Shown here one piece after another: positions 63,631 to 64,000 of a DNA stretch of 64,000 nucleotides. The stretch is from Chiloscyllium plagiosum. Its lineage: Eukaryota. A program made the translations under genes and the position numbers. Within the stretch, counting starts at the first letter, position 1; every line of letters starts with the position of its first letter. The stretch is taken from the NCBI RefSeq assembly GCF_004010195.1, contig NC_057718.1:69262748-69326747 (forward strand). Direction: 5' to 3'. The notes under the pieces are model-generated. The model was not told the origin of the DNA, did not search any database, and saw nothing but the letters and a program-made list of their open reading frames with translations.

Positions 63631-64000
63631 ATGGAGGATGAGAAAAAAATTGTGGTTATAAGAACTGTTTTTGTTTTGAGATACTTCAGGTGTTGGAAGC
63701 TATTTCCTCATTCCAAGAGCAGTAATTCTTGTTTGATAAGATGTTGCATTGCTTTGGAACTTTGGGGGGAAAAGAAATCCAAACAACAGCAATTTAAAAA
63801 GTAAAGAGCCAAAGGTAGAGACCACATGGGCAATGATTCAAACTGAGAATGAAGCCTATACTGCTGTCTGACACAACAGTGAATCTGCACAGTTACTGCC
63901 TTTGCTGCTTGAGTTCAAGTATCTCTGGACATTGGTATGTGTCCAAGAAAAATGAACAGCAGTGGAATTCACAGTTGACCTTGGAGGTACCTTTGTGGGG

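Overview
Eukaryotic, repeat-saturated intergenic or intronic DNA, almost certainly from a shark/elasmobranch (HE1-type V-SINEs and HER1/CR1-type LINEs). I can support no host protein-coding exon or structural RNA gene. The window is a nested mosaic of about 20 CR1 LINE fragments (two with an esterase ORF1), a near full-length decayed RTE LINE, a Rex1/Babar fragment, L2/CR1-group fragments, tRNA-derived SINEs, Gypsy-type gag/protease/integrase remnants and solo LTRs, and a Harbinger transposase remnant. There are three N-gaps. Two things stand out. (1) A GC/CpG-rich, 5'-truncated endogenous retrovirus-like element at 55907-59015 has a D-x35-E integrase, a dual splice-acceptor/mini-exon region, a PPT and a 3' LTR. 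Its frameshifted env carries a Cx8Cx11Cx7C motif that looks like a paramyxo/pneumovirus F-type fusion protein rather than a classical retroviral Env, so it is a lokiretrovirus-like candidate. (2) More than a dozen Penelope-like insertions from at least four sequence families, many with 11-15 bp TSDs, share only a minimal hammerhead-ribozyme skeleton; one family has a non-canonical core. Family assignments are by eye and need database confirmation. Boundaries of old repeats are approximate.
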